Source: Candidatus Latescibacterota bacterium (GTDB taxonomy: Bacteria > Latescibacterota > UBA2968). From it: DNA of 64,000 bases. Every line of letters starts with the position of its first letter. The first letter of the stretch is position 1. The notes beneath the pieces were generated by a model. It made no database searches and was not told where the DNA came from. It saw only the letters and a list, made by a program, of their open reading frames with translations. Shown piece after piece: positions 49,135 through 59,043 of this stretch. A program made the translations under genes and the position numbers. The DNA lies in contig OZ244960.1 of the NCBI GenBank assembly GCA_965222605.1, forward strand, positions 832,001 to 896,000, given 5' to 3'.

Positions 49135-50211
49135 TCAAGCGTGGAGATAAAAGAACAAAGTGGCAATCAGATTGTCAAAAACGCTCAGACGGCAGACCTC
49201 ATAACCGTGAGAATTCTCTCGCGGATACCCAATAGTTGCAGCCCGAGGCACGTGACCCGTCTGAAGAACGCCCGAGGCATCGGACGCCGCGCGATCGTAC
49301 ACGGCGTATTGCAACTGTGTACCCGCGCGTTGAGCCGCTGCTGCGAGATCGGCAATCAGAGCCTGATCGAAATGCATCTGGCTATCTCTTGACCAGATAG
49401 CTGGGCGACCATCGAGTTGAAGTTGTTGATTTCGCGGCATCGGGGAAGAATCAACCGCGATAAAAATTTCGACCGGATTTCGCGCAGTCCAACCGCGTGC
49501 CCCAATCAATCCAGTTTCTTCCTGAACGAGAAAACACAAACAGGTAGTGCGATTGGGGCGTGTCTTTTCTTCCGCAATGCGCTGAAGCAGGCGCAACAGC
49601 GTGAGACTCCCGCCCCGGTTGTCAAATAACCACGCGGAAACGAGCGGATCTTCGGGTGGCCCCAAAAAATGGGGACCACGCACATCGGCCACTGGTACAG
49701 CAGTCGATCCAACGCGCACACCTGCGCGGGCGAGTTGATCGGGTGTCAGACCAGTAAGCAAATGACAGTAGGGCCAGGTAACACCGCTTTGCCCCGTTGC
49801 AAATTGTGTGTTGGGATCCGATGGATCAGTAGTATGCGTAGAACCAAAACAGAGATGTGCCGCAACTGTTTCCGCACCATCTGAAAGGATTTCAACAGGA
49901 CATTCGCCGAGTTTCCAGGGATGCAACCCACCACTCGGGCGCACCTGCAAGGTACCATCGGCATTGATGGCGGTAATCACCATGGCGAGTTCGTCCATAT
50001 GACTGGCAAGCGCGATACGCCCCAGATCGGGATTTTGCCCGGGCACTTCCACCCAAACATTGCCCTGCTGGTCTTGTTCGGGCGTATGCCCCAAATCGGC
50101 AATGAGATCCATAATAAACCGGGCCATAAGTTCTTCGCGGCCCGATGGCGCAGGAACGCGCAAAAGGTCTGATAGCAGACGTACATTGGGATCATCTTGA
50201 GGATAAGACAT
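49135..50211 (-). CDS. M42 family metallopeptidase
   Basis: PSGREE, SHMDE, FDNR, QEETG, VD, NSHGYE. Confidence 0.85.
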   Translation of the reverse strand: MSYPQDDPNVRLLSDLLRVPAPSGREELMARFIMDLIADLGHTPEQDQQGNVWVEVPGQNPDLGRIALASHMDELAMVITAINADGTLQVRPSGGLHPWKLGECPVEILSDGAETVAAHLCFGSTHTTDPSDPNTQFATGQSGVTWPYCHLLTGLTPDQLARAGVRVGSTAVPVADVRGPHFLGPPEDPLVSAWLFDNRGGSLTLLRLLQRIAEEKTRPNRTTCLCFLVQEETGLIGARGWTARNPVEIFIAVDSSPMPRNQQLQLDGRPAIWSRDSQMHFDQALIADLAAAAQRAGTQLQYAVYDRAASDASGVLQTGHVPRAATIGYPRENSHGYEVCRLSVFDNLIATLFFYLHA

Positions 50212-50252
50212 AAAGCGTCACCTTTTCGTTTCATGATTATTATCGACCACTA

Positions 50253-50281
50253 AGAATACGCTGGCGCGTGTGATTTATCAA
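50253..50281 (-). promoter_or_regulatory. Sigma70-type promoter for M42 gene
   Basis: TTGATA-17 nt-TATTCT on the minus strand. Confidence 0.5.
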
Positions 50282-50367
50282 GCTATTTCAAAATTCATGA
50301 AGCCCTTTTGGCGATTTGCCCGTCCAATGAAATAATTTGACTTAAATTTTAACCTTGTGAGAAACCT

Positions 50368-53300
50368 ATGGACCGCCAGTCTGCCCTGTTGCCACGCATC
50401 TCAGTAAATCGCCCCGTCACGGTTGCGATGTGCCTCGTCGCGTTGCTCCTGGTGGGTATTGTGGCCTATTTTCGCGTGCCGGTGAAATTTTTTCCCTCGG
50501 GATTTACACCGGCTTTTTTGTATGTGGATATTGAATACAATCACCGCAACGCCTCGCCCCAGGAAGCCGAACAACAAATCGCCCGCCCCCTGGAAGAGCA
50601 GTTGCGCGCAGTAAAGGGCATAAAGAAAATTCGCACGTACAGCGCGTCTTATGGCGTGGATGCGCCCATTGAGTTTCAGCCCGATACAGATATGGTCCTG
50701 GCTTATAATCAGGTCGTTGACCGCCTCGAGCGTCTCAAATTAGAATTGCCCGAGGAAGTGCGCGATCAAGTCTATATATATAAGTTTAATGCAGATAGCT
50801 GGTCCATTATGTGGGCGGGCGTTTCTCTGGATACGTCCATTGTAGATCCATATCAGTTCTTAAACCTGCATGTAAAACGGCGTTTAGAACGGATCGAAGG
50901 CGTGGGCAGAGTTGGCTTTTGGGGTGTGGATGAAAAAGAAGTCATGATTGAACTCAGCCACGAGCGATTGATGACCCGAGGAGTAGATCTGGGAACGGTG
51001 GTACAATCGCTGAGATCGGACAACTTCGCGCTTTCGGTCGGGCATGTACGCGAAGGCGGCAAGCGGTTTTTCGTGCGATCACTCGCCAAATATCAAAGTG
51101 TAGATGAGATCAAAAATATTCTCATCCGTACGCCCCAGGGCGAAGTGCGCCTTGGAGATGTATCAGACGTGGTTTACGATGTGCCCGCGCGCTCCTGGTA
51201 TCAGCGCATTGATGGGCGAGAAGCCGTATCGATCGCGATTTATCAAGAATCGGGCGCCAATATTGTAGAGGTATGCGAGCGCGTGGTAGCGGCTTTGCAG
51301 GAGATTGAAAACGATCCGATAGTGGGAGGGCAGATCGTGTTCAATGTGTTTTTTAATCAGGGCGAATACATCAATGATTCGATTCAAAATTTGGAAACCA
51401 CAGGGCTTTGGGGTGGGCTATTTGCCGCGATGGTCTTGCTATTCTTTTTGAAAACATTGCGCATGACGGCGATTATCACCCTATCTATCCCCCTGTGTGT
51501 GATGATCACAATTACGGCACTTTATTTTCTCGGGTGGTCTCTCAATGTACTGACCATGATGGGATTGATGGTGGGCGTGGGGATGGTGGTCGATAATGCT
51601 ATTGTGATCCTGGAAAATATCTATCGCATGCGCGGCAAAGGACTGCCCGCCAAAGAAGCGGCCATCGCAGGTGCCGGCGAAGTCGGGTTGGCGATCACCA
51701 TGGCAACGTTGACAACCGTTGTCGTGTTTTTGCCGCTAATGCTGATGAGTGGCAATGTAGAACTGACCTTTTTTTTAGCGCGCATTGGTGTGCCGGTTGT
51801 GGTCGCGCTTGTTGGATCGCTATTTGTCGCCCTCATTTTTATTCCGCAGGCAGCATTGCGCTTTGGAGGTTCCCAGGTCAAATCCGATCCCACAATTATT
51901 CAACACGCGCGCCATTATTACACGCGCATGCTAAACTGGACACTCGCACACCGGCGCGATGCTTTTCTGATCGCCCTCGTCCTGCTCGGAAGCATCAGCT
52001 ATCCAATGAACGAACTCAAGCGCGGCGATTCAGATGGCAGCATGCTCAATGATTTTCGCATCGGTTTTCGTTTTCCAAAGGATTTTAGCATTCAGGATGT
52101 CAGCGACACACTCGTGGAAGTCGAGGATTTTTTGGAGACCCGCCGCGAGAAATACGGAATTGAGACCATGCGCGTGTGGTTTAGGTCCACGTATGGATCC
52201 ATTCACGTCTTTCTAAAAAAGACCGATGAGGCGTGGTGGCAGACAACCTATAAATCCGTACGCGCATTGATCGGTATTCCTGTACAACAGCATCTGTCGC
52301 GCAACGCCGTCATTGAAGACATGAAAAAGCACGCGCCCCAATTTGTAGGCGTCAAAGTGGCTGTACAGGGGCAAGGCAGGAGCGGTAGCGATAGCGGCGA
52401 TTCCTCCGTATCACTGGTTCTCTATGGAGATAACGTCGATGTCCTGGCAGATTTGGTGCAAGAGGTTGACCGACGGCTAAAAGAAATCCCATCGGTCATA
52501 AGCGTAGATTCCGATCTGGAACGCGCCAATGATGAGGTGCAAGTCATTATCGACCGGGAACGCGCACAAAAATTGGGACTCGTAGCTCGAGACGTGGGAC
52601 GCAGTATTGGTTTCGCGCTTCAAGGCGTACAATTGCCCTATCTCCAGTCTGACAACCACGAAATCAGGGTGCGATTGTATTTGGAAAAATTGAATCAGCA
52701 AACACTGCAACGCCTGAAGCGTTTGACTTTCCCGTCTGAGACGGGCACACAGGTTTCATTGCTGGATTTTGCCGTATTGCGCGTAGATCAAGGGCGCGGC
52801 ACCATCAGGCGCGAAGATGGCAAAACGCGGTTGCGGGTACAGGCTTTTACGACCGAAGAAGATGTAAAAGAACTTTATGTAGAAATTGACCGCGCAATGG
52901 AAGGATTTGAGTTGCCGCGCGGTTATACCTGGGACAAGGGTGAAAGATATTCCAAACTGCGTGAAGAAGATTATACCATGTATTTCGCCGCGATTATGGC
53001 CGTGACCTGCGTATTCCTTTTAATGGGCGTTTTGTTCGAGTCTTTTGTCCTGCCGTTTTCTGTATTGTTTTCCATCCCCTTTGCCTTTCTGGGAGTTTAT
53101 TGGACGCTGTTTGCGACCCAAACGTCTATGGATGGGTTGGCTATGGTGGGTATCATTGTGCTCATCGGTGTGGTCGTCAACAACGCGATTGTACTGGTCG
53201 ATATGGTGAATCGCATGCGCGCAGAGGGCATGCATCGAACCGCTGCAATCATGGAGGCCGGTGCAAATCGCTTCCGCCCTATTATGATGACGACATTTAC

Positions 53301-53541
53301 AACAGTCTGCGGTCTTTTGCCAATGGCTCTTGGAAGCAGTAAAGTTTTGGGACAGCCCTACGCACCAATGGGACTCACCATGATCGGCGGCTTGCTTTCT
53401 TCGACCCTGCTCACCCTGTTGCTCGTACCCTTGTTTTATACATTTTTGGATGACCTGCGCTCAGCCCTCAAAAGGCTGACAAATAGTGCCTTCAACGCAC
53501 TGAAAGTTGGCGATACACAAGCGGCGGACATGGCGGATTAA
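50368..53541 (+). CDS. RND efflux permease (AcrB/AcrD/AcrF family)
   Basis: RPVTV, GMVVDNAIVILENI, VVNNAIVL, RFRPIMMT; 1057 aa. Confidence 0.92.
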   Translation: MDRQSALLPRISVNRPVTVAMCLVALLLVGIVAYFRVPVKFFPSGFTPAFLYVDIEYNHRNASPQEAEQQIARPLEEQLRAVKGIKKIRTYSASYGVDAPIEFQPDTDMVLAYNQVVDRLERLKLELPEEVRDQVYIYKFNADSWSIMWAGVSLDTSIVDPYQFLNLHVKRRLERIEGVGRVGFWGVDEKEVMIELSHERLMTRGVDLGTVVQSLRSDNFALSVGHVREGGKRFFVRSLAKYQSVDEIKNILIRTPQGEVRLGDVSDVVYDVPARSWYQRIDGREAVSIAIYQESGANIVEVCERVVAALQEIENDPIVGGQIVFNVFFNQGEYINDSIQNLETTGLWGGLFAAMVLLFFLKTLRMTAIITLSIPLCVMITITALYFLGWSLNVLTMMGLMVGVGMVVDNAIVILENIYRMRGKGLPAKEAAIAGAGEVGLAITMATLTTVVVFLPLMLMSGNVELTFFLARIGVPVVVALVGSLFVALIFIPQAALRFGGSQVKSDPTIIQHARHYYTRMLNWTLAHRRDAFLIALVLLGSISYPMNELKRGDSDGSMLNDFRIGFRFPKDFSIQDVSDTLVEVEDFLETRREKYGIETMRVWFRSTYGSIHVFLKKTDEAWWQTTYKSVRALIGIPVQQHLSRNAVIEDMKKHAPQFVGVKVAVQGQGRSGSDSGDSSVSLVLYGDNVDVLADLVQEVDRRLKEIPSVISVDSDLERANDEVQVIIDRERAQKLGLVARDVGRSIGFALQGVQLPYLQSDNHEIRVRLYLEKLNQQTLQRLKRLTFPSETGTQVSLLDFAVLRVDQGRGTIRREDGKTRLRVQAFTTEEDVKELYVEIDRAMEGFELPRGYTWDKGERYSKLREEDYTMYFAAIMAVTCVFLLMGVLFESFVLPFSVLFSIPFAFLGVYWTLFATQTSMDGLAMVGIIVLIGVVVNNAIVLVDMVNRMRAEGMHRTAAIMEAGANRFRPIMMTTFTTVCGLLPMALGSSKVLGQPYAPMGLTMIGGLLSSTLLTLLLVPLFYTFLDDLRSALKRLTNSAFNALKVGDTQAADMAD

Positions 53542-53574
53542 AAATGTAAGACGTAAAATGTAAGACGTAAAACG
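53541..53574. repeat. Heptamer tandem repeat
   Basis: AAAATGT AAGACGT AAAATGT AAGACGT AAAACG directly at the RND stop. Confidence 0.7.
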
Positions 53575-53609
53575 CGAGAAGCACCCACGAAGCAGGGGGA
53601 TGCTTTTAT

Positions 53610-54947
53610 TTATTCAATCAAACTCTGCCTACTCTGCTCATGTACCTCAGCTTCCGGCCAGTGCGTATTCAGAATATCTTTAATATTATCCTTCGGCCCG
53701 CGAAAGATCATGACCATATTCTGTGACACGAAAAATTTTTCGAAAAATAAACGCACCTCCTCATCAGTAACCGAATCATAACCGCCTTTGCGACGTGGCG
53801 GATTATGGATGGCTCGATATACCTCACTGTACAGTCTTCGCTGTGGTGTCAATTGTTCGTGGACATGGGCATAGGCGACATTGCGATTTTCTCGCAACTC
53901 TTTGATTGCCTCCCAGAAGCGAGGATTGTCGGGAAGTTCGCGGAGGAAATCGGACATTTTTGCTATCAGTTCTTCGCTATTCTGCAACTGGGGATCGGCG
54001 GAGATTTCGAGAAACCTGACATATTCCTCTGTTCGATAACTGCTACCAGTACCATAGAGCAACCCCAACTCTTCTCTGAAATATTTATAGAGCAACCCCC
54101 GAGCGCCAGGTCGCCCAAGTGCCCTGGATATCATTGATGGAAGATAATCTTCTTCGCCTATCATTCCACAGAGAATCAGCCAATAACACCCAACATTCTT
54201 TAGGTTTGAATCAGAGACAAAAGCCGTAGGGCCAATCTTAGAATCCATTGTTGGGGATCCCAGGGTATGCACAAATCCACCTGTCTCTCGTTTTTCTGTA
54301 ATTGGACGAAGTAACGTCGCAACCTCAGTAGAATCGAGATCTGAGATTACCTTAAAAAACACCACATCTGTTTTCAAAAGCTGATCATAATATTGCCTGA
54401 TGTCCTCAAGCGAGAGATTTTTGAGAGCTTTTAAGGACTTGTACTTCTTTATCCCTGTTGTTTGTGAAAGGGCAAAATTTCTCATATGCGTACGGGGATT
54501 TTTCCTGAGATCGTTTTCGTAATCAGTAGCCATTAATTTTTTGACATCTTGCAAGTCTGACTCAGAAAACTCGAGATTATATATGAGGTCGCGGACTATT
54601 TTTATAGATTTGCCACAGTTTTCAGACAGGCCATAAATGGATATTGTCTGATATAGGGTACTGGTAGAGATATTAAGGCGTGTACCCAATGCTTCCAGTT
54701 GATCCAGGTGCCCCTGCTTTTTTGCCAACTCCCAAATCAATTTTGATACTGTTCTTGCAAGCCCAATCTGAGAAGGTGGTTCCTGGTTATTTCCCGCGCC
54801 AAGGAATACAATCTCAATACTGGTCAATGGCGCACGATTGTCATTGCGATAAAAAATATGGTGGTTGGAAATTTCGGCATACGCGGGCAGAACGCCAACC
54901 GCGTAGCACATAGCAAAACTAACCATCAATTTCAGAAACATATTCAT
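53610..54947 (-). CDS. M16 peptidase-like non-catalytic subunit (secreted)
   Basis: Signal peptide ending AYA; GLARTVSKL where HxxEH is expected; LYKYFREELGLLYG M16 motif; AT-rich; start 54947 or 54941. Confidence 0.7.
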   Translation of the reverse strand: MNMFLKLMVSFAMCYAVGVLPAYAEISNHHIFYRNDNRAPLTSIEIVFLGAGNNQEPPSQIGLARTVSKLIWELAKKQGHLDQLEALGTRLNISTSTLYQTISIYGLSENCGKSIKIVRDLIYNLEFSESDLQDVKKLMATDYENDLRKNPRTHMRNFALSQTTGIKKYKSLKALKNLSLEDIRQYYDQLLKTDVVFFKVISDLDSTEVATLLRPITEKRETGGFVHTLGSPTMDSKIGPTAFVSDSNLKNVGCYWLILCGMIGEEDYLPSMISRALGRPGARGLLYKYFREELGLLYGTGSSYRTEEYVRFLEISADPQLQNSEELIAKMSDFLRELPDNPRFWEAIKELRENRNVAYAHVHEQLTPQRRLYSEVYRAIHNPPRRKGGYDSVTDEEVRLFFEKFFVSQNMVMIFRGPKDNIKDILNTHWPEAEVHEQSRQSLIE

Positions 54948-54954
54948 TAGCCTT

Positions 54955-56424
54955 TCAAGAGAACTTCCTGTGTAATTTTTTTCCACCCCATACCAGCATT
55001 ATGATAAGACCTCCCAACAGCGTTAGAAAACCTATGCCTGTCAATGCCAATACTGGAATTCTATATTCCGATAGGATTCTCGGAAGAAGCTCTTGCTTTT
55101 CGGGTACCGTTAGAGAGTGGGTTATCGAATTATAGTCTCTCAAATATCGATTGATGATGCGCGGAATGTCGTCTCTGCGAATGGATTCGATGTCTTTTAT
55201 CAGTTTAGGATATAAGAGGGGGTCGTTGGCAGAGGCAAATGCCCGCCCAAATGAAGAAGCCATGCTCAAGCGATTGTAAAATGCGGAATACATTGCGGTT
55301 AGCTGCTGATTTCGAGCCGCATTGAGTTCAGCTTTGGAGATGGATTTTAGTTTCTCTAACTCTGCATTAATAACGGTATGGAGCTTATTTCTGGACGTAT
55401 CATGAGGCAATTCTGCATAGCAACTTATCAAGCCGAATCCTTTAAAGCTGTTAACCGACATACTGAAAGATTTTGCAAGCCCTGAATCAACTAAAGAAGA
55501 TCTCAATGAATTTGAAGACCTCTCTAAAATGCGCTCCAAAATGAGCAGCCCAGCATAGTCGCGATGGCCTAAATTGGGTATGTACCAGCCCTTCCTGAAC
55601 CTGGTAAGACTGAGACTTTTCGCAGTGCGTTTTAATCTTCTTCCAAGCACTTCATAGCTGGGATAGTGCGGAGCAGGTAATTCGAGCGACAATTCGTCTG
55701 GTATTTGCTCGTTGCCATAAGTTGCATCCAATTTGGTCAGGACATAGTCAATATCCACATCGCCGATTATGACAATCAATCTTTTTTGGCGGCGCAGAAA
55801 ATTCTCATAATACGCTTTCAAATCAACAGAATTGAGTTGTTTAATAAAATCCTCAGTCCCAAGTCCATCAAAATTTTTCTTCCCATAGATTAAACCAAAA
55901 AAAATATTCAAAGATCCGCGGGTTACACTTGCCCGTCTGCGGCTTCGTTCTGTCAGGATAATTTTCGACTCCTTTTCTACAACTTCCTCATTAATTTTTG
56001 TGTCGTAATATCTATCGCGGTCTATCTCAACTGCGAGGTCAAACTTATTCTTAGGAAATCTCATTATAAAGCGCGTGTAATGATTAGAAGTAGTAGCTCT
56101 TTTTTGTCCTCCATTCTCAATAATGATCTGGTTGAGTTTTCCATATTCATGGCTTCCAGTGCCTGACATGATATGCTCTAAGAAGTGTAGTCGCCCTTGT
56201 TCACCTTCTTTTTCGTCTGCCGAGCCAGCACTGTAGTAAGTATGGTATTCAAATGTCGGGATTGTTCGATCCACGACGATAACAGCGTCGAGGTTGGGAT
56301 TGATGGTGTAGTGTTGCGCGGTGAGTTCTTTGGACAATCCCTCCGTCCCAATAAGCTCATAGGCAGGGCAGTTGCTCGACAAGCCGCATACAATGAACAA
56401 AATGAACGCGTATGTTTTCATCAT
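54955..56424 (-). CDS. M16 (insulinase-family) peptidase with C-terminal TM anchor
   Basis: AGSADE..G.LHFLEH (HxxEH), downstream E..IILTE; signal peptide; hydrophobic C-tail followed by KKLHRK. Confidence 0.82.
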   Translation of the reverse strand: MMKTYAFILFIVCGLSSNCPAYELIGTEGLSKELTAQHYTINPNLDAVIVVDRTIPTFEYHTYYSAGSADEKEGEQGRLHFLEHIMSGTGSHEYGKLNQIIIENGGQKRATTSNHYTRFIMRFPKNKFDLAVEIDRDRYYDTKINEEVVEKESKIILTERSRRRASVTRGSLNIFFGLIYGKKNFDGLGTEDFIKQLNSVDLKAYYENFLRRQKRLIVIIGDVDIDYVLTKLDATYGNEQIPDELSLELPAPHYPSYEVLGRRLKRTAKSLSLTRFRKGWYIPNLGHRDYAGLLILERILERSSNSLRSSLVDSGLAKSFSMSVNSFKGFGLISCYAELPHDTSRNKLHTVINAELEKLKSISKAELNAARNQQLTAMYSAFYNRLSMASSFGRAFASANDPLLYPKLIKDIESIRRDDIPRIINRYLRDYNSITHSLTVPEKQELLPRILSEYRIPVLALTGIGFLTLLGGLIIMLVWGGKKLHRKFS

Positions 56425-56436
56425 GTCTGAACCTCA

Positions 56437-57459
56437 CTAAAGTTCGACATCCACCGGAGCTTTTCGCTCGATACTATCGCAAATAGCCTCGCATATCACC
56501 ATCGCCTGACACGCATCTCTCAGAGTTGGTGAACCTGATTCTCCCTTTTGTACAGCCCGTGCAAAAGCCTGCATTTGCCCCCAGTACCCGCCTCGTTTTT
56601 CCGCATTGTCGCGCACAGCGGGCGAATACGATTGAGATGGAATACCGGGCGAGGGTTGGTATCCCCCTTCGGGCGAGTGGGGTTCAAAATCCAACGTATG
56701 CAAATTCACCAGACACAAATGCGCCCGCGCATCGCCCGCCGCTTCAATCTTACACGTCCAATTTGGGGTACAACCTGTCAGCGTGATCATTCCGGTAGCA
56801 CCGCTATCAAAATGCGCGGTACAGGCAATTGCAAATCGCCCGCCCTCACCGACCGACAAATCCGCGTAAACCCGCTCAATTTCCCCGCCCAAAAAACGCG
56901 CGAGATCGACCGCATGCGTTGACTGAAAAATCATATACTGCCAGCCCGCGCGATAGTCTAAATCATCCTGCCACATTGGGCTGGGCATAAAATATCGGCT
57001 TTCCAAAAAAAGCAATTTCCCAAACTCGGGCGTCGCCATTAACTCTCGGAATTTCTGCACCCCAGGCGCGTGTCGCATGTTGTGACCAATCTGCGTAATC
57101 AGCCCCCGGCCCGCAGCCATATCGGCCAACTCCCGCGCATGGGCTGTTAAACGCGCCGGTGGCTTCTCCATCATCAACGGCAACCCCGCAGCCAGCACCT
57201 GCTTGCCGCACTCAAAATGCATATCCGGCGGCCCCACGACCATAACGGCATCCAGATCTTCCTTCTCGATCATATCAGACAAATTTGTGTACCATCTTCT
57301 CGCCCCAAAAAACCGCGCATTGCGCTCTGCCAGCGCCGCTTGCAAATCACAGCAGGCATACAAATCCAATTCCGGTATGGTCGCAAAATTGGGATACCAC
57401 GATGCACTCGCCTGTCTCCCACAGCCTACAAACCCAACGCGAACAGGTGCGTCACTCAT
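56437..57459 (-). CDS. Gfo/Idh/MocA oxidoreductase
   Basis: VGCGR, MEKPP, GHNMR, HAVD. Confidence 0.88.
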   Translation of the reverse strand: MSDAPVRVGFVGCGRQASASWYPNFATIPELDLYACCDLQAALAERNARFFGARRWYTNLSDMIEKEDLDAVMVVGPPDMHFECGKQVLAAGLPLMMEKPPARLTAHARELADMAAGRGLITQIGHNMRHAPGVQKFRELMATPEFGKLLFLESRYFMPSPMWQDDLDYRAGWQYMIFQSTHAVDLARFLGGEIERVYADLSVGEGGRFAIACTAHFDSGATGMITLTGCTPNWTCKIEAAGDARAHLCLVNLHTLDFEPHSPEGGYQPSPGIPSQSYSPAVRDNAEKRGGYWGQMQAFARAVQKGESGSPTLRDACQAMVICEAICDSIERKAPVDVEL

Positions 57460-58004
57460 TTTTCACCTCTCAGTTTATCGCGAAACGACTTGCGAAACTT
57501 TTGCACCTTGGGATTGATAACAAAGATGCAATACGGTTGATATGGATTCTCCACAAAATAATTCTGATGATAATCTTCCCCTTCATAAAATATTGTGAGC
57601 GGCGCGATCTCCGTCACAATCGGATCGGGCCACAAATCCGATGCCTCTGTCTCTGCCTTTGACCGCTCGGCAATACTTTTCTGCTGTTCATCGTGATAAA
57701 AAATCACCGACCGATACTGCGTACCCACATCATTTCCCTGGCGATTTAAAGTCGTTGGATCATGCGTGCTCCAAAAAATGAACAGAATCTCCGCAAACGA
57801 AATCACGGCCGGATCAAACACAATCTGCGCCACCTCGGCGTGTCCTGTGGTGCCCGAACACACCTGCTGATACGTCGGGTTCTCTATCGCCCCCCCCGCG
57901 TATCCCGACACGACTTTATGCACCCCAATCACATCCTGATAAATCGCCTCCACACACCAAAAACACCCGCCCCCGAGCGTCGCGGTCTCCATTGTACTGG
58001 ACAT
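57456..58004 (-). CDS. msrA: Peptide-methionine (S)-S-oxide reductase
   Basis: GGGCFWCVE, GHAE, HDPT..RQGND.GTQYRS, YHQNY, YC. Confidence 0.96.
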   Translation of the reverse strand: MSSTMETATLGGGCFWCVEAIYQDVIGVHKVVSGYAGGAIENPTYQQVCSGTTGHAEVAQIVFDPAVISFAEILFIFWSTHDPTTLNRQGNDVGTQYRSVIFYHDEQQKSIAERSKAETEASDLWPDPIVTEIAPLTIFYEGEDYHQNYFVENPYQPYCIFVINPKVQKFRKSFRDKLRGEK

Positions 58005-58048
58005 ATTGATACTCCTTTGTGTCTATTTGCACTCTGTAATTTTCATGC

Positions 58049-58077
58049 ATCATATTCCTACCCGCACCTTTTGTCAA
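58049..58077 (-). promoter_or_regulatory. Sigma70-type promoter for msrA
   Basis: TTGACA-17 nt-TATGAT on the minus strand. Confidence 0.7.
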
Positions 58078-58202
58078 GGCGAAATCAAAATCCCACCGCG
58101 CAACGGATGGAGATTTTCTATTTGACACACGCGCACTATCCTGTCAAATTAAAACCTTGTTTTAGACCGTTATTTTTCTCGCTAATCTTAAAGGAGTGTT
58201 AC

Positions 58203-59027
58203 ATGCCCCAACGGGAATTCAACCTCAAATACGCCCCGCATCACGGCCATTTCACACATAGTGCAGGCAATGACTATCTCGACCAGCTCAAATACGCCGC
58301 AGATCAGGGCTTTACGGCCTGGGAAGACAATGGCATGCCCAAACGCGACATAGGAATGCAAAAAAAAATTGCCGCAGAAATGACCCGATTAAACCTTGAA
58401 ATGGGTGTATTTGTCGCCACGGGATCTTTTTCAGATGTCACATTTGCCGGCGACGATGAAGATGCAAAACAGGCCGTGCTAAAAGATATCAAAGCCGCCA
58501 TTGAAATTGCCAAGCGCGTAAATGCAAAATGGTGTACGGTCGTGCCCGGGCTTTACGACTTAAAACTCGCGTGGGATTATCAAACAGCCAATGTGATCGA
58601 ACTGCTCAAACGATGCTGCGACATTCTCGAAGAATCGGGTCTGGTAATGGTGTTGGAACCACTCAACCGCCTGACGAACCACCCCCGCGTTTTTTTGGCT
58701 GGCTCGCCACAAGCATATCTGATCTGTCAGGCCGTCAACCACCCGTGTTGCAAAATCCTCTTTGACATCTACCACCAGCAAATCACCGAAGGCAACCTCA
58801 TCCCCAACATCGACCGCTGCTGGTCTGAAATCGGCGTTTTTCAAGTGGGCGACAACCCCGGTCGCAAAGAACCCACCACCGGTGAAATCAACTACAAAAG
58901 TATCTTCAAGCATCTACATGAAAAAGGCTGCACGAGCATCGTCGGCATGGAACACGGCATCAGCTTGCCCGGCAAAGAAGGCGAAGGCCGTCTTGTTCAG
59001 GCTTATGTCGAATCGGATGATTTCTAA
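58203..59027 (+). CDS. Hydroxypyruvate isomerase-like TIM barrel protein
   Basis: AAGGAG RBS; LEPLN, FDIYHQQ..EGN, DNPGRKEP.TGEINY, GMEH. Confidence 0.85.
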   Translation: MPQREFNLKYAPHHGHFTHSAGNDYLDQLKYAADQGFTAWEDNGMPKRDIGMQKKIAAEMTRLNLEMGVFVATGSFSDVTFAGDDEDAKQAVLKDIKAAIEIAKRVNAKWCTVVPGLYDLKLAWDYQTANVIELLKRCCDILEESGLVMVLEPLNRLTNHPRVFLAGSPQAYLICQAVNHPCCKILFDIYHQQITEGNLIPNIDRCWSEIGVFQVGDNPGRKEPTTGEINYKSIFKHLHEKGCTSIVGMEHGISLPGKEGEGRLVQAYVESDDF

Positions 59028-59043
59028 GTAAGGAGAATATCTC

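Noticed and set aside
53541-53574. Possible CRISPR array
   Set aside because: Only a 7-nt period microrepeat with no spacers; no cas genes or repeat-spacer array seen in the window.
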